NCBI RefSeq assembly: GCF_018350175.1
Contig: NC_058368.1
Span: forward strand, 235,540,001-235,604,000
Source of the DNA: Felis catus
Lineage: Eukaryota
DNA: 64,000 bases
Direction: 5' to 3'
Part shown: positions 14,251 through 25,971 of the stretch, one piece after another
How positions within the stretch are numbered: position 1 is the first letter of the stretch
Layout of the letters: every line of letters begins with the position of its first letter
Program-made: the position numbers and the translations under genes
The notes under the pieces: generated by a model
Database searches by the model: none
The model's input: the letters and a program-made list of their open reading frames with translations, nothing else
What the model was told of the DNA's origin: nothing

Positions 14251-15601
14251 AGTCCTAATAGATATAAAACTGCTTTTTAATTCTTAAGGTTACAGAACTC
14301 AAAAAATTGACTCTGCACGGAGCTCACTGCCCGGCGTGCTTTTTACGTTATGATGTTGGATCCACGTACCAAAGCTGTAATTCTTCTCCGTGGAGTAATA
14401 CTTAATAAAGAAATGACCTGAAGAAATGTGTACATTTTCAATTTAACGAAAATCCACGGAGTCAGATCACTGAGCCCTGCCGTGCCCTTTCCCGTTTGAT
14501 GTCGTCACCGCAGCAAATGACTCATCTGAGATACTCCTCGTTCGTCTATTTGCGCCTCCCTGAGTCATTCTGTCCATTCATCCGTTCACAGCTGCTGAAC
14601 ACGCAGCATCATCTACCTGCCACGCTGGCGCAGCGGAGACAGGAGTGTCCCCAGTGGTCTCCACGGCTGGAGCCGCATGTGAAATCGCTCTGCAGATTTC
14701 ACAAAAAGTGTCACAAACAGCAGGTGCTACCATTGCCACTGCCGTGATTGTTACCACTGTTCCTATCACTGTCCCTCGTTTTGCCACTCAGCACACACAG
14801 CTCCTCTGCACATCTCCTGGGTGTATTTCCTATTTCCTCAATGTGATCAGAAGCTACTTCACCGGCCACACGAGAAGTTCAGAGCGCCCGCTTCCTGTCT
14901 CTTGTGTGACGTCCTCTAAATGTCCAGTGCTCCAGAAGGGGCGGACAGTTTCCTGGAGGCTAATTCTATTAGGAGCGGGACTCCCTTTCATCCAAGCCTA
15001 CAGCCCATCTCCCTCCTCCCATCCAGAGTCCCACTTGCAATTAAAAAGCTTTTATCTGGTTTGGGAAAAAAAGTACTTTCTCCATCTTGACCCGGTGCTA
15101 GTGATGAAAGGCGGTATTAATTGACTCCTAAGGAAAAAAAAAAAAAGGAAACGCTGATCCCTGCTGACACTGAAGATGAGTCTCAGACGGACCCAGTTTA
15201 CCTTTTGTTAGACCCACCGGCATCTACGGGCATTGCCAGTGCGCGTGCTTTGGCTGCTCATCTAATACTGAGCTGCTCAGCCCTCGCTGACTTAAATATT
15301 TCTTACCTGGATGGTTTAATTAAATTCAGGTATGGTTCAGGGGACAGCAAGAGCCTCATTTCGTTAAAATAATGAGAGTTTTGAAGTTTTAACTCTAGCA
15401 GTCTATTCAAAACACAATTATGACCTAACTGAAAGGTTCATAAAATATAGGGGCAATTTTCCAGGTACTGAAAAAGTCAATCATTACCTATAATGGTGAA
15501 GGGATCAGAAGCAGGATATAAGCTTCATTTTCAGGTCATCAGTTTACATGGCCAAGTGTGCAGGGCTCCGTGGGGGTCCACTAAAGACAGGTGCATGCAT
15601 T

Positions 15602-15605
<4 letters not shown>

Positions 15606-15645
<40 letters not shown>
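15606..15645. repeat. (CA)n microsatellite
   Basis: About 20 units. Confidence 0.95.
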
Positions 15646-15648
<3 letters not shown>

Positions 15649-16736
15649 GCTGTGGACAGGTCGAGAGGGCATGGCCTCTAATGGGATGGAGGGGTCAGTT
15701 TTACAACAACTGAATCACAAACACTGCCTTTTGCAGATCTTGTGATTTGCAAGTAAAATCAGGGTGAACGTGAAAAAAAATAGAAAAATGACAATTCCTG
15801 GTTGTGCATTTTCTGGGAGAAAGTTCCGGGAGAGCCGTCGTTCAGCAGGAAGACACCTGTGTTCCCACTGCCGGTGCTCACGCTAATGGGGGCAAGGGCA
15901 GGAAGTCAGCAGGTGCAGCACGTGGGCCTCGATAAAGGAACAAAACCCTCACGGGGATGCCTTGACCTGAGGCAGTTTACAGAATCACTAGCCCAAGAAA
16001 CCTTAGTTACGAATGACGGTTGCTGTAAGTAACTGATGGGAATGTTCTGTTGTGCAGGAACAAATGTAAAATGTTCGTGCAGAAAGATGCCAGCTGTTGC
16101 TAAGTGCTGCCATCCAGCAGCGGCGTCCGTCTGTCCAAGCCCCGGGCTCACCACTCACTCCGGACGCCGTCCCATTTCAAAACCGACAACGCTGGGCGTA
16201 CGGGAATGTGGGCAGAGGGCCAGCTCCTACCAGGTCCAACGCCTGGTCCGAGCTGCCCTCCCCAAACTCTGCTTGGGGCACTGATCAACTAACATCTCTG
16301 CAAGTTACAAAAGGGATGGAAGGAGGCAAAACTCCAGGGTAACTAGTTGATAATACGAGGCCTTGTCACTATCGCCCCCAGTAGGAACCGACCGGGGAAG
16401 GAGAGCCGTGCACAGGACTCAAGTTCAGAACAGGACGGAGGAGAGGGGGCTGATACAAGTGTGCGCAATCGTACACGCACGTACGAGACGTAAAGGAAGA
16501 GCAGAGAAAGGACGGCCGGAACGCGGGAATTTCCACAGCTTTCGACTGTGCACAGCCAGGCACCAAAACAGAAACATAACAAGTACCTAAGGGACAGCAC
16601 GTCTCACCTGTCGGTGACATTCTCACCGGATATATGTGAGGCCCCTACAGACCCGACTCAATGATCAGTGTTTCTGTGGCAATTGTCCACTAGGGAAAAC
16701 AGCCTGGGTTTCAGTCTCCCACACGGGTGCACTTAC

Positions 16737-16842
16737 TTGTGTCCAGACTCATGGGCAATGGTGAAGGCCAGTCCAAGCCCTGTGTCTTCATTAATAGTAC
16801 AGCTGCGGTATTTACTGCACATTCCACTGATGGGCGCAAATC
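16737..16842 (-). CDS. ADAMTS16: ADAMTS16 coding exon (probably exon 8; 106 nt), first half of zinc-binding motif
   Basis: Translates (G)[34 protein letters not shown](N); HExxH at 16753-16739. Acceptor tgtcccgcAG, donor GTAAGT. This frame is not shown in the ORF track. Confidence 0.97.
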
Positions 16843-17202
16843 CTGCGGGACATAGACATCAAAGGAATATAAAGCAGCACTGTTGCAGTAACATAAAGAG
16901 GGTGTATTGTATAGGTGTATGAGCCCTCCGTCCTTTCCAGAAGTGTGGTTCGCACCTGCGTGTGCTGAAATCTGGGACACTCTTGGACAAGTGCATTAAG
17001 GGTTCTTTGCAACGTGAGCGGGAGGGATCTTCTCTCCGCATGGAAAACAATTCATGGCTCTGAGTGGTGTTCACATCACAGGTTACGATAACAGGGGCCA
17101 AGGAGAAAAGGGGATTCACTGCAGACGGAGAATTTCTACATTTGTCTATAAACATCTGTGTTCTAGAAAGCCCAAATAAAAAAGTGCTATACGGTGTAGG
17201 TG

Positions 17203-17696
17203 CATCAGGAGGTCCCCAAGACCAGCCCAGGTTCAAGGACTCGCCGGGGGGATTCACAGGACTCAGGCTTTGTCAAACTCACAGGTATAGTTTCATAGGG
17301 ATAGCAAAGGATGAGAACGAAACCATCCAAGAGAACAGGTGCATGGGGAGAGGTGTGGCAGAAACCAGGCACGAGCTGCCACAGCCCTCTCCCGGTGGAT
17401 CCACAGAGGACACACCTAATTCCCCCCAGCTACCTGTGGCTGTCTCATCAGAGACCAGGGCCCAGGGGTTTTATCCGGGGCTGATCACATAGCACCCCAG
17501 CCTGGCACATGGACCCAAACTCCGGACTCCCAGAAGGAAGGCAGACATGCCGCGTAAGCCCCATTATCTGGGCAAGCAGTGTAGACACAGCAGGCCAGCT
17601 CATCAAGCACGGTGGTGGGAACCCTGGTTCTCAGAGGCCAGCCTTGTAAGCAGGCCTTTTCAGCAACGAGCAGTCACGATGAACCTCTTTCTGCTG
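17203..17696 (-). mobile_element. MER21-like ERVL LTR remnant in intron 7
   Basis: ggtccccaagaccagcccaggttc...ggattcacaggactcag...gcagaaaccaggcacgagc and gccttgtaagcaggcctttt match my recollection of the MER21 consensus. Confidence 0.7.
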
Positions 17697-17918
17697 AGTT
17701 CTATCTCAATAAGATCCCGGGAAGAAATGAAGAATTAGAAAGAAAAGACAGGAGTTCTTGAATCTGTAAGGGACTTTTCCTTAGGAAGTAATCACTTGGC
17801 GAATCAACGTACACTTTGATGCGTGGCCAGAGTGCCTAGAGGGCAGCACATCTATTCTCTCCACTCGGGCTCAGTATGGCACCTGCGTGTTCCTCCAGAT
17901 TCCACAGGAGGGTCTTAC

Positions 17919-18078
17919 CCAGGGTGTCGCAGGGCTCATTCTTCCAGGAACATATGTCCAGGCCGGTCAGCAAGATGGCGTGGTCATGGCGCGTCCCGTC
18001 TTTGCCCATCAAGCCAGACTGCCACTGGCAGAAGCTGCTTAAGGTGTGGTCCGCGTGGTGGCTTATCACAAGCCCCGG
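17919..18078 (-). CDS. ADAMTS16: ADAMTS16 coding exon (probably exon 7; 160 nt)
   Basis: Translates PGLVISHHADHTLSSFCQWQSGLMGKDGTRHDHAILLTGLDICSWKNEPCDTL(G). Acceptor gtctcccgcAG, donor GTAAGA. Confidence 0.97.
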
Positions 18079-18182
18079 CTGCGGGAGACAGACCAAGACT
18101 CCATGAGGAGAGAGAGAAAACGCCTTACAATGCACCTGTTACCCCTCTGCCATCACAGCGGCCTACCATTAACTCAGATTTC

Positions 18183-18408
18183 TTTTTTAAAAAAAATTTT
18201 TTTCCACGTTTTTATTTATTTTTGGGACAGAGAGAGACAGAGCATGAACGGGGGAGGGGCAGAGAGAGAGGGAGACACAGAATCGGAAACAGGCTCCAGG
18301 CTCTGAGCCGTCAGCCCAGAGCCGGACGCGGGGCTCGAACTCACGGACCGCGAGATCATGACCTGGCTGAAGTCGGACGCTTAACCGACTGCGCCACCCA
18401 GGCGCCCC
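18183..18408 (-). mobile_element. Young felid SINE (SINEC_Fc-type)
   Basis: Diagnostic gtggcgcagtcggttaagcg and cagccagg head; CpGs intact; TSD tcagatttc. Confidence 0.95.
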
Positions 18409-18512
18409 TCAGATTTCAAAGACACAGAGGGATCGGGATGGTCTCCAAACTAATCCATCTGTTTCATGGAGTAACATGCAAAGGCCGGTGGCTTGTATAA
18501 AACCTGCACGGA

Positions 18513-18738
18513 GGGGCGCCTGGGTGGCTCAGTCGGTTGGGCGTCCGACTTCGGCTCAGGTCATGATCTCACTGTCTGTGAGTTCGAGCCCCGCATCGGG
18601 CTCTGTGCCGACAGCTGGGAGCCTGGAGCCCGCTTCAGATTCTGTGTCTCCCTCTCTCTCTGGCCCTCCCCTGCTCGTGCCCTGTCTCTCTCTGTCTCAA
18701 AAATAAATACATGTTAAAAAAAAATTTTAAAAAAAAAA
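18513..18738 (+). mobile_element. Can-SINE
   Basis: Full length; TSD aaaacctgcacgga. Confidence 0.95.
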
Positions 18739-20781
18739 CCTGCACGGATTCTGGACAGACGCTTCCGTTCCCTTCTGTAGTTTTGCACAGACCCGGCCGG
18801 GAGGCACTGAGCTGACCCTGAATGCATTTTCAATGCCCCAAGAAAGACTACTTGTGTGCATGAACGTCTGCATCAAAGTCTTTGTAAAACACCTTGTAAA
18901 ATTATCTCAGGCAAGAGAATCATTTCTCTGCGACTCTGAACATGCACGGAAACACACCCAGACAGCTGATTTCACAACCCAGTTGGGCGAGTGGGATTTC
19001 CAACTGATAACTCACTCTTAGCCATTTATTATTACAGCGTTAAACCAAGTCACTTCCCTACCAAAGCAACATGCTTATGAGGAGGGTCCGGTCAATGGGT
19101 AAAGCGCTATTTCTAGAAGACAGACTGGAACTAGAACGAAACTGGGCAGGATACATCCCACCTTATGCACATACACCACGTTCTCACAGAGCGACAGTGC
19201 AATATTAGCGTGAAGGCCACCCGAACGCCTGGGAAATTCAGAAATCAGGGTTGGGGGCGGGGGTGGAGCAGGAACTACCAGAGAAGGCTGCACGGAGTTA
19301 TTTGAAGTATTTACTGGGACGCTGTTTTTTTTTTCCTGTGGCTCGGTCACAGAAAGCCAGGTTAAACAGCTCGGTTCCAGAACAACTCGGGAGAAGCATT
19401 CATGACTAGATATTGGGTTAAATTCCGTGTCTCTCAGTCACTGAATAGGTTTTCTCCTTCCTTGCTTATACTGTCTTTCCGGAGAGTCAAAGCCAGCTAA
19501 GCTAAATGCTGTGTGTGTACCAGCACTGGGACATGCCTCACATTCTTCAGCCGCTAATTTCCAGGAACACTGCCTGCATCAAAGTTAACACAGGTGTACG
19601 ATCAAAAGATAACCTCGCTTATTCTCTGCAGCTTGGATGAAGTCCAAGGTGAAAACGATTTAATACAAGGAATAATTAACCTGTCACCTGAGACGCCCCG
19701 CCAGTTCTGCAACCCCCCCCACCCCCACCCCAGACGCTCACTCACACAAAGACAATGCAGTTGTATCTTTCTGACCATTCCGGCTAGAAACAGGTTTGCC
19801 CACGCAGGCCCCCCCACTCTGCCCAGAACAGGAGAAATGCCCCAGAAGCTTACAGTCTGGAGGCATCTCAGGTCTTACGAACGGTCTTAGGTTTCATCTA
19901 AAAAAAAATTCTTTGTTTTATAAATAAGAAAACTGGGGCTACCAGGAGACCCTGCTAAGATAGCAGCAAGGTGCAGGGCTCTCTCCTCCTAGGCGGAGTC
20001 CGTCATCAGCATGAAGCAAAGGAGAAGGGGGAGGCTTGGAAGGCTGAGACACCCCCATTAGCTGTGCCACAAAACGTTCATACGCAACGTCCCTGAGAAC
20101 TGAAGGGCCCACCCGTGCATTTACACAGGGACTCTGGAACGCAGGCAAAGGAGATACTTTTACCCACAGTGACCAAGGTCCGGCATAATTCGGTGTTTGT
20201 ATGCAATGAGAGAAATGCACTTGACATCCAGACTCTACGAAAATACAACCCTGTGGCCCAAGGCAGTGGGGGTGAGCGCGATCAGTCTTAGGAGTTGGGA
20301 GGGGACAGAGTAAAACAAAATGCTGACAGTACTATCTCACTGCCAGGTGGGAGGGCGGTTTTGGTGTTCTAGCAACACGCAGAAAGGGCTCAGTCCCACC
20401 TGGGACCCTAAAAGCTCACGGTGGGGACATGGCTGAAGATGCACTTTCCACTGTCTCCCCAGTGTTTCCCACCCATATATTTAAGGCAGTTCTCCTGTTC
20501 TACTTTTCTAATAAGCCTCCTAAAAATAGTCCTTACCACCTCTGCACTCACACACACACCCACGTGCACAGACACACACGTGCACGCACACACAAAATTC
20601 AAATCATCATGAAGGGAACTGATGAGAAACTCCCTGCGTGAGACACAAAACATTAAACGTTTTTTGTTCCCGAGGGAAAGGAAAGTCAGGAATCCACAGA
20701 ATGATCCCATTAAGGAAAATGGGGCATCGCTTTACATTCATTTTTCTGGGAGAAAAGAAGCTGGTTTCAAAGACAGAATAC

Positions 20782-20865
20782 CTGGTCTTCCTCTAGAAGA
20801 ATCAGACCCACAACTGCGATGTTGATGTTTCCTCCTATCGTTCCATCTTTGAACAAAGCAGACAC
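20782..20865 (-). CDS. ADAMTS16: ADAMTS16 coding exon (probably exon 6; 84 nt, phase 0/0)
   Basis: Translates VSALFKDGTIGGNINIAVVGLILLEEDQ. Acceptor tctttttcAG, donor GTATTC. Confidence 0.96.
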
Positions 20866-21922
20866 CTGAAAAAGACAGGCATTCCCCGTCAGTCCCCACA
20901 TGTGACGTTCCCCCAGCCCCCAGAGTCCTGCTGGTGAAGGCCGGTCCCTGTGGTCTTGTGACACAGTCACAGTCAAAGTCAATGCTGACTTTCTTATACT
21001 GCTAGACAGGTATAGAAATCTCTCATGGCCAGGCAGACCAATCGTTAAATCTTTATCATTAGTGCCTGGTTGTAAGAGCTGAAGTTTGGGGAGGCAGGTT
21101 CTGCCTCTTATGGAACACCACTGAGGGTATTACGAGCCTCCGAGGTGATAAAAGCTCTCAGGTGGACACAACAGAGCGTTCTAGCGATGACGGCTGGGGC
21201 ATGCGTTCCCCTTGCTTTCCCGGGGAGGGCCTCCGGAGGAGCTCCCAAGAGAAATGCTTGGGAAGAGACCCAGAAGATCCAAGAAAGAGAAGGCCTAAGT
21301 GTGGAAAGAAGATGGCCGAGGAAAGGTGCCCACAAGGGGTACGACAACAGCAGACGTTGGTGGCTGTTCAGGGTGACGAGCGAGGGCCCCTCGGGCTGGC
21401 TCGGCACCGACGTGCAGAATACTGGAACGGCTCGACAAAACAGAAGCAACGTTGGCACAAACCAGAGCCCTGACGTCCTCAGCCCCTGGACGCGCAGTGG
21501 CAGGTGTCTCGATGCCACTGCCCCCTCCGTCCCCTGGGGGATGAGAAACCACGTGGGGTGGGCGGCCGGAAGGGATGCTAGCAGGAATACCCACGTGCTG
21601 AGCTGGAACAGAAAGCGTGTTTTCAAAACACTGTCATCCCCACTAATTTTCAAAACACACTCAGGCGACCCAAGATCTTGTCTTCCGTGAACCAGGTGTC
21701 ACTGAGTCTCCGCCACCCAAGTGGGGCTTAGATGCCTCTCGTCGCTGCTCCTCGTTACAACAAGCTGCCGATCTGGGACACGGGACTGTTTACCCGGGAT
21801 GGCAGTCTACAGGGTTGGATGCTTTTCTGCCTCTAGATGACATAATGCATATTCGATACTTAAACACTAATGCTCCTAAGGAGATGGGCATTTCTATACC
21901 GGCATCTAAAATCACACGCAAT

Positions 21923-22150
21923 GGGGCGCCTGGGTGGCGCAGTCGGTTAAGCGTCCGACTTCAGCCAGGTCACGATCTCGCGGTCCGGGAGTTCGAGCCC
22001 CGCATCAGGCTCTGGGCTGATGGCTCAGAGCCTGGAGCCTGTTTCCGATTCTGTGTCTCCCTCTCTCTCTGCCCCTCCCCTGTTCATGCTCTGTCTCTCT
22101 CTGTCCCAAAAATAAATAAACGTTGAAAAAAAAATTAAAAAAAAATAAAT
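21923..22150 (+). mobile_element. Young felid SINE (SINEC_Fc-type)
   Basis: Full length; TSD taaaatcacac(g/a)caat. Confidence 0.95.
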
Positions 22151-22431
22151 AAAATCACACACAATGCTGACAGGCAGGTTTACTGCGCTGAACTGTCTCG
22201 GGGTCCTCGTACAGATTTCTGGTAAATGAAGACCTTGGTCCCCTCAAACCGTGCTGCCCGCTCGCAGAGAGGGCCAGTCTGTTCTCTGGAGTTCTGAACA
22301 CGGCTCTTTGACGGGAGCATGTGAAGAGTGAAGGGCTCATCACAGATAAAACCCATCTCTTGTGCCTGAGACACAGACCCACGCCCATCAGGTGGGATCA
22401 CACACGACTTCGACAAGAAGGCGCTTCCTAC

Positions 22432-22631
22432 CATGTTGAGTATCGTCAGCACGTAGGTGGTGATGTTCTCGTGGCCGTGCGTCTGCATCATCTTCCTGTC
22501 GACCACCACCAGCGTCTCCACATTCAGCTCCTCGTTCCTATGGGACTTGAGAAGAGAGCGCTTGTGCCTGGAGCAAGACGCATACTCGTCGGGCAAGACG
22601 AAAAGGTCTCCCTCGGGAGGCTGGGGCATGT
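22432..22631 (-). CDS. ADAMTS16: ADAMTS16 coding exon (probably exon 5; 200 nt), furin site and start of catalytic domain
   Basis: Translates (Y)MPQPPEGDLFVLPDEYASCSRHKRSLLKSHRNEELNVETLVVVDRKMMQTHGHENITTYVLTILNM. RHKR furin motif at 22569-22558. Acceptor ccctccgtAG, donor GTAGGA. The sequence fits ADAMTS16 rather than its paralogue ADAMTS18. Confidence 0.97.
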
Positions 22632-24326
22632 CTACGGAGGGAATGTTCCGGGAAGAAACGAAAGCAAAAGTCGTCACCCCAAACCAGCGGTGGAACTGGG
22701 TATGCCCACCCTGGGTTTTCACAACGAAAGTGCACGACGTGAGCCACGTCACCCTCACGACTTTGTGACACAAAACCGGCGTTAACGCGAAACTTGCATG
22801 AAAGTGAAGTTCATACAACCTAGGTGTGATGGAAACCATCGCTAGGTCTACCTCTCTATAATTTTGCCCCGACTTAAAACAAAAAGAGAGGGCACTTTGG
22901 CTTTCACGTGCTTGTCTCTAGAAGCACAATGTTCAAAGACCATTCGCGTAAAGATGCGTCAGACGGGCTCCGCACGAGACTTACGGACCACAAAGCGGAA
23001 CGATGGCTACCACGCGGTGCCTTGCATCGTTGTCATATTTGAAAAATGTTAATGGCCTCTTTTTAAAGGTCATTCCCAAGTCTGGACGCGTCACTGGTCT
23101 ATCTGTCGTGTTTCAAATGGGTTTACGAACTTGGTGACACAGATCTACTCCACTGCAGAGCCGAATTTCCTAGAAAGCACCATAAATATTTACCTCGCTT
23201 AATTACAAGACAAAATACACTCTGTCCCTTTGGCCCCGTTTAAAAATCGTCTGGGCATTTATAATCAGGGAGCTAACACTATGTTAAAAATGAGTCAGCT
23301 TTGCGGACGCCCCAGAAAATGTGGTTAGAGTCGTTTCATGTGAAAGTGGACTTCAAAACACCCACATGTATGGGTGGCACTAATTCAAAGCCATGCCAAC
23401 TCTGTTCGTGGACCGCACCGCCAGAAGACGCCATGTTTTTTTGGCTGGTACCCACATCTAGCGCATATTTTCTCTTTGCTAAGATACTTTCAAACCTAAA
23501 TGAACCCTGTGGAAGCTAATAATGATTCTGGCAAAGTTCTTAAAGCACCAATCGCATGCCACCGACACTGATGCAATTAGAGAGGCCTGACTCCACCCGC
23601 AGAGCTCTCTCTACTGGCGTAGAGATAGGCTCCGGGTAGGGATGGGCCACCGAGGCACAGGGGAGGCACGGAGCAACCTGCTCGCAGCCCCTCCCTACGA
23701 AGTGTCAAAGACGGGGTGTCCCGTCTGGCAGCATGGTCCCAGAGCACAAGGTTAATCCTTACCATTGATTTTAAGCAAATCAATCTGCCTGTGACTGCCA
23801 TTTCCCACAGGTGCCTAAACATGCGCCAAAAAAAATTCTCATTTTCTGAGCCGGAGACTCTAATGGGAAAAATCTTCATTAAACGCGAACCCCACTGAGC
23901 CAGAAGGCTGGGACTCCTCCAAGCACATCCAGAGCCCCACGAGCAACACGGAAAGATCCAGGCGCAGACAGCGGAGGTCCCGAGAATTAAATGCTTCAGC
24001 CCGGAAGCCGCGCGTGTCACCTGTGCCCGCCCGCCACTCGGCCACCAAGCGCTCACGGAACTGCCATGCGCCCAGCAGGGAAGGGATGGAAATATCTGGC
24101 AAACCGAACTGCACCACAAGGGTCACTAATGTCTTCTAAGAGGCATTTTGTGGCACTCTGTGTCTCTAGTTCTGTTATGAAAACCAAGAGCCACTTTTCC
24201 CTCCCATTTTTCAGATAAAAAACTTCTTGTGCAGTGTTTCCAAATGACTGACTGCCCTGCCCCAATCACCCCCCGCCCCCGAGATTCTGAAGAGCCCGTC
24301 CAGGCAGCACACAGGTGCACACGCAT

Positions 24327-24348
24327 ACACACACACACACACACACAC
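24327..24348. repeat. (CA)n microsatellite
   Basis: About 11 units. Confidence 0.9.
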
Positions 24349-24684
24349 AGGCACAGCCACGGCAAACAGGATGACTTCACTGTGTGCCGAGCTGTGCCCT
24401 AGGCGTCACTGGCCTGCACGGCTCTGATGACCCCCCTTCATTTCAGCAGGGTCCACACCGCTGGATTTTCTCAGGGCCCGCTACAACATCGGCTTTGAAC
24501 CCTAGTGTGGCCTGTCGAAGAGGGAAGGACAGCCCTGCCAGGATCCAGGCGCTTGGCTTTTTGTCCCTGACACAGGATCCGTCCCGGACCGAGCCCTGCC
24601 GGCACGAATTCTGGCTCTGACCTTGTCCGTGCCTGAGGCCCGCCTCTTGGTCCCGACCCTGCCCGGTCCCATCCCCTGCCACCT

Positions 24685-24708
24685 CCCCCCCCCCCCCCCC
24701 CCCCCCCC
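24685..24708. repeat. C24 homopolymer
   Basis: Directly visible in the sequence. Confidence 0.9.
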
Positions 24709-25712
24709 GCTTCTCCCTGTCTACGCAGCCAGAGCAGCTGATGCTGACCAGTGCGTCCTGTTCTGACACCCCTCGACCTCGGTCTCCCCGACTTTCTCAG
24801 ACTCCGTTCACCTCTCGCCGTCCCCAGACCCACTCTTCCTGCGGACCGAGCCCACCGACTTAGGCGATTTGGACTTGAGTTTCTCACTTGAACATAGAAT
24901 CAGGCTTTTCTTCACGGGATAACAGGGGTCCAGATGATACACAGGTGCTGACAGTTTAATGGTACTTTCTGTGCCGCTGTAAGAACCAAGTGATTTGGGG
25001 CCATCTACTCTATTCCACCTGCAGCGCGACCTTCTCTGTTTTAGGGTGCCGGGCACAGCAGCCAAAGAAACCGGCAGGGGAAGACGGGCTTCGCAGAGCC
25101 CCACTGGGGGCAAGTTTAACAAAGTGGTGCTGGAGGGGAAGGTGAGGGAAGCCAGGACAATTGCAGACAACACCGAACTGCGAGAGGCTCCCACGTGAAG
25201 TGCAAATATCACATCACCTCTGAGGCGTTCACCACACAACAAAGGATTCCACAAAGCGCTGGTGATAAACGACAGCTGAATTACGTCACGTGGAGCCCGT
25301 CCCTTTGATGCGGTGGCGTAAAATATATAAACATGTACGGAGATAAATTACCTCGCAGAAAACTATGTGGGCTCTCATAAATCTAGACCTCCAAACCACA
25401 GAATTACTGAGCAGACATGCCAGGGTCCCTTTGAAGACTTCCAGGGGATTCTGCATTTCTGGGCGGTACGTCATCTCACCTGCCCAGGGAACAGGTCTGG
25501 GGAACAAAAACACCCACCGCTATCTGTCCGTCCCCCACGAGGGGCGTTTGCAAACGGAACACACAGACGATGGAACCAACAGGTAAGTCCGGCGAGGACC
25601 GCCCACTGATTCCACCTCGCGGCCGGACGACTTGCAAGAACATTTGAACGTTTCGTGGGCGCACGTAAATGCCCGAAAGGTTAAACGCACGCAAAGAATC
25701 GCCCTTACATAC

Positions 25713-25971
25713 ATTTCTTGCGTCTGCCACAGAAATGCTGCTTTTGCGGGTGCTGGAGGGTCGAGCCGCCGTGAAGGTGCGGGGTCCCCAGCTCCCGATC
25801 CCTCTGGGTCACGACCGCCTGGGGAGCCCCCAGAGCCCGCTCGTCTGCGGATCTCTTGTACAGTATGTGGGAGGGGGGCCCAGCCCCGGCGGCGTCCCCG
25901 GGTGTCCCCGCCAGCTGGGAAGGAAGCGGCTTCAGGAAGTAATCGGCTTCTTGTGTTCTTATCATGCCCGA
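25713..25971 (-). CDS. ADAMTS16: ADAMTS16 internal coding exon (probably exon 4; 259 nt, phase 0 to 1), prodomain
   Basis: Translates SGMIRTQEADYFLKPLP...SHILYKRS...QKQHFCGRRKK, recognisable as ADAMTS16 prodomain. Acceptor is ctttctttcttcctctctgtttccAG (AG at 25973-25972); donor is GTATGT at 25712. Confidence 0.95.

Noticed and set aside
17823..18500. 225-aa plus-strand ORF
   Set aside because: It is the antisense of exon 7 fused to a reverse SINE translation (YLFLGQRETEHERGRG...).
21108..21690. Overlapping 181-aa ORFs on both strands in intron 5
   Set aside because: GC-rich intron with non-ATG starts, no recognisable protein motifs and no exon evidence.
16737..22631. Assignment to the paralogue ADAMTS18
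   Set aside because: Exon 8 is nearly shared between the two, but MPQPP..DLF.LPDEY..C.RHKRSLL, HGHENITT, GGNINIA and GNMCKKSEG fit ADAMTS16 as I recall the two proteins.
22180..22839. 219-aa minus-strand ORF as a standalone gene
   Set aside because: Only 22631-22432 is homologous to ADAMTS16 and bounded by splice sites; the rest is intronic read-through.
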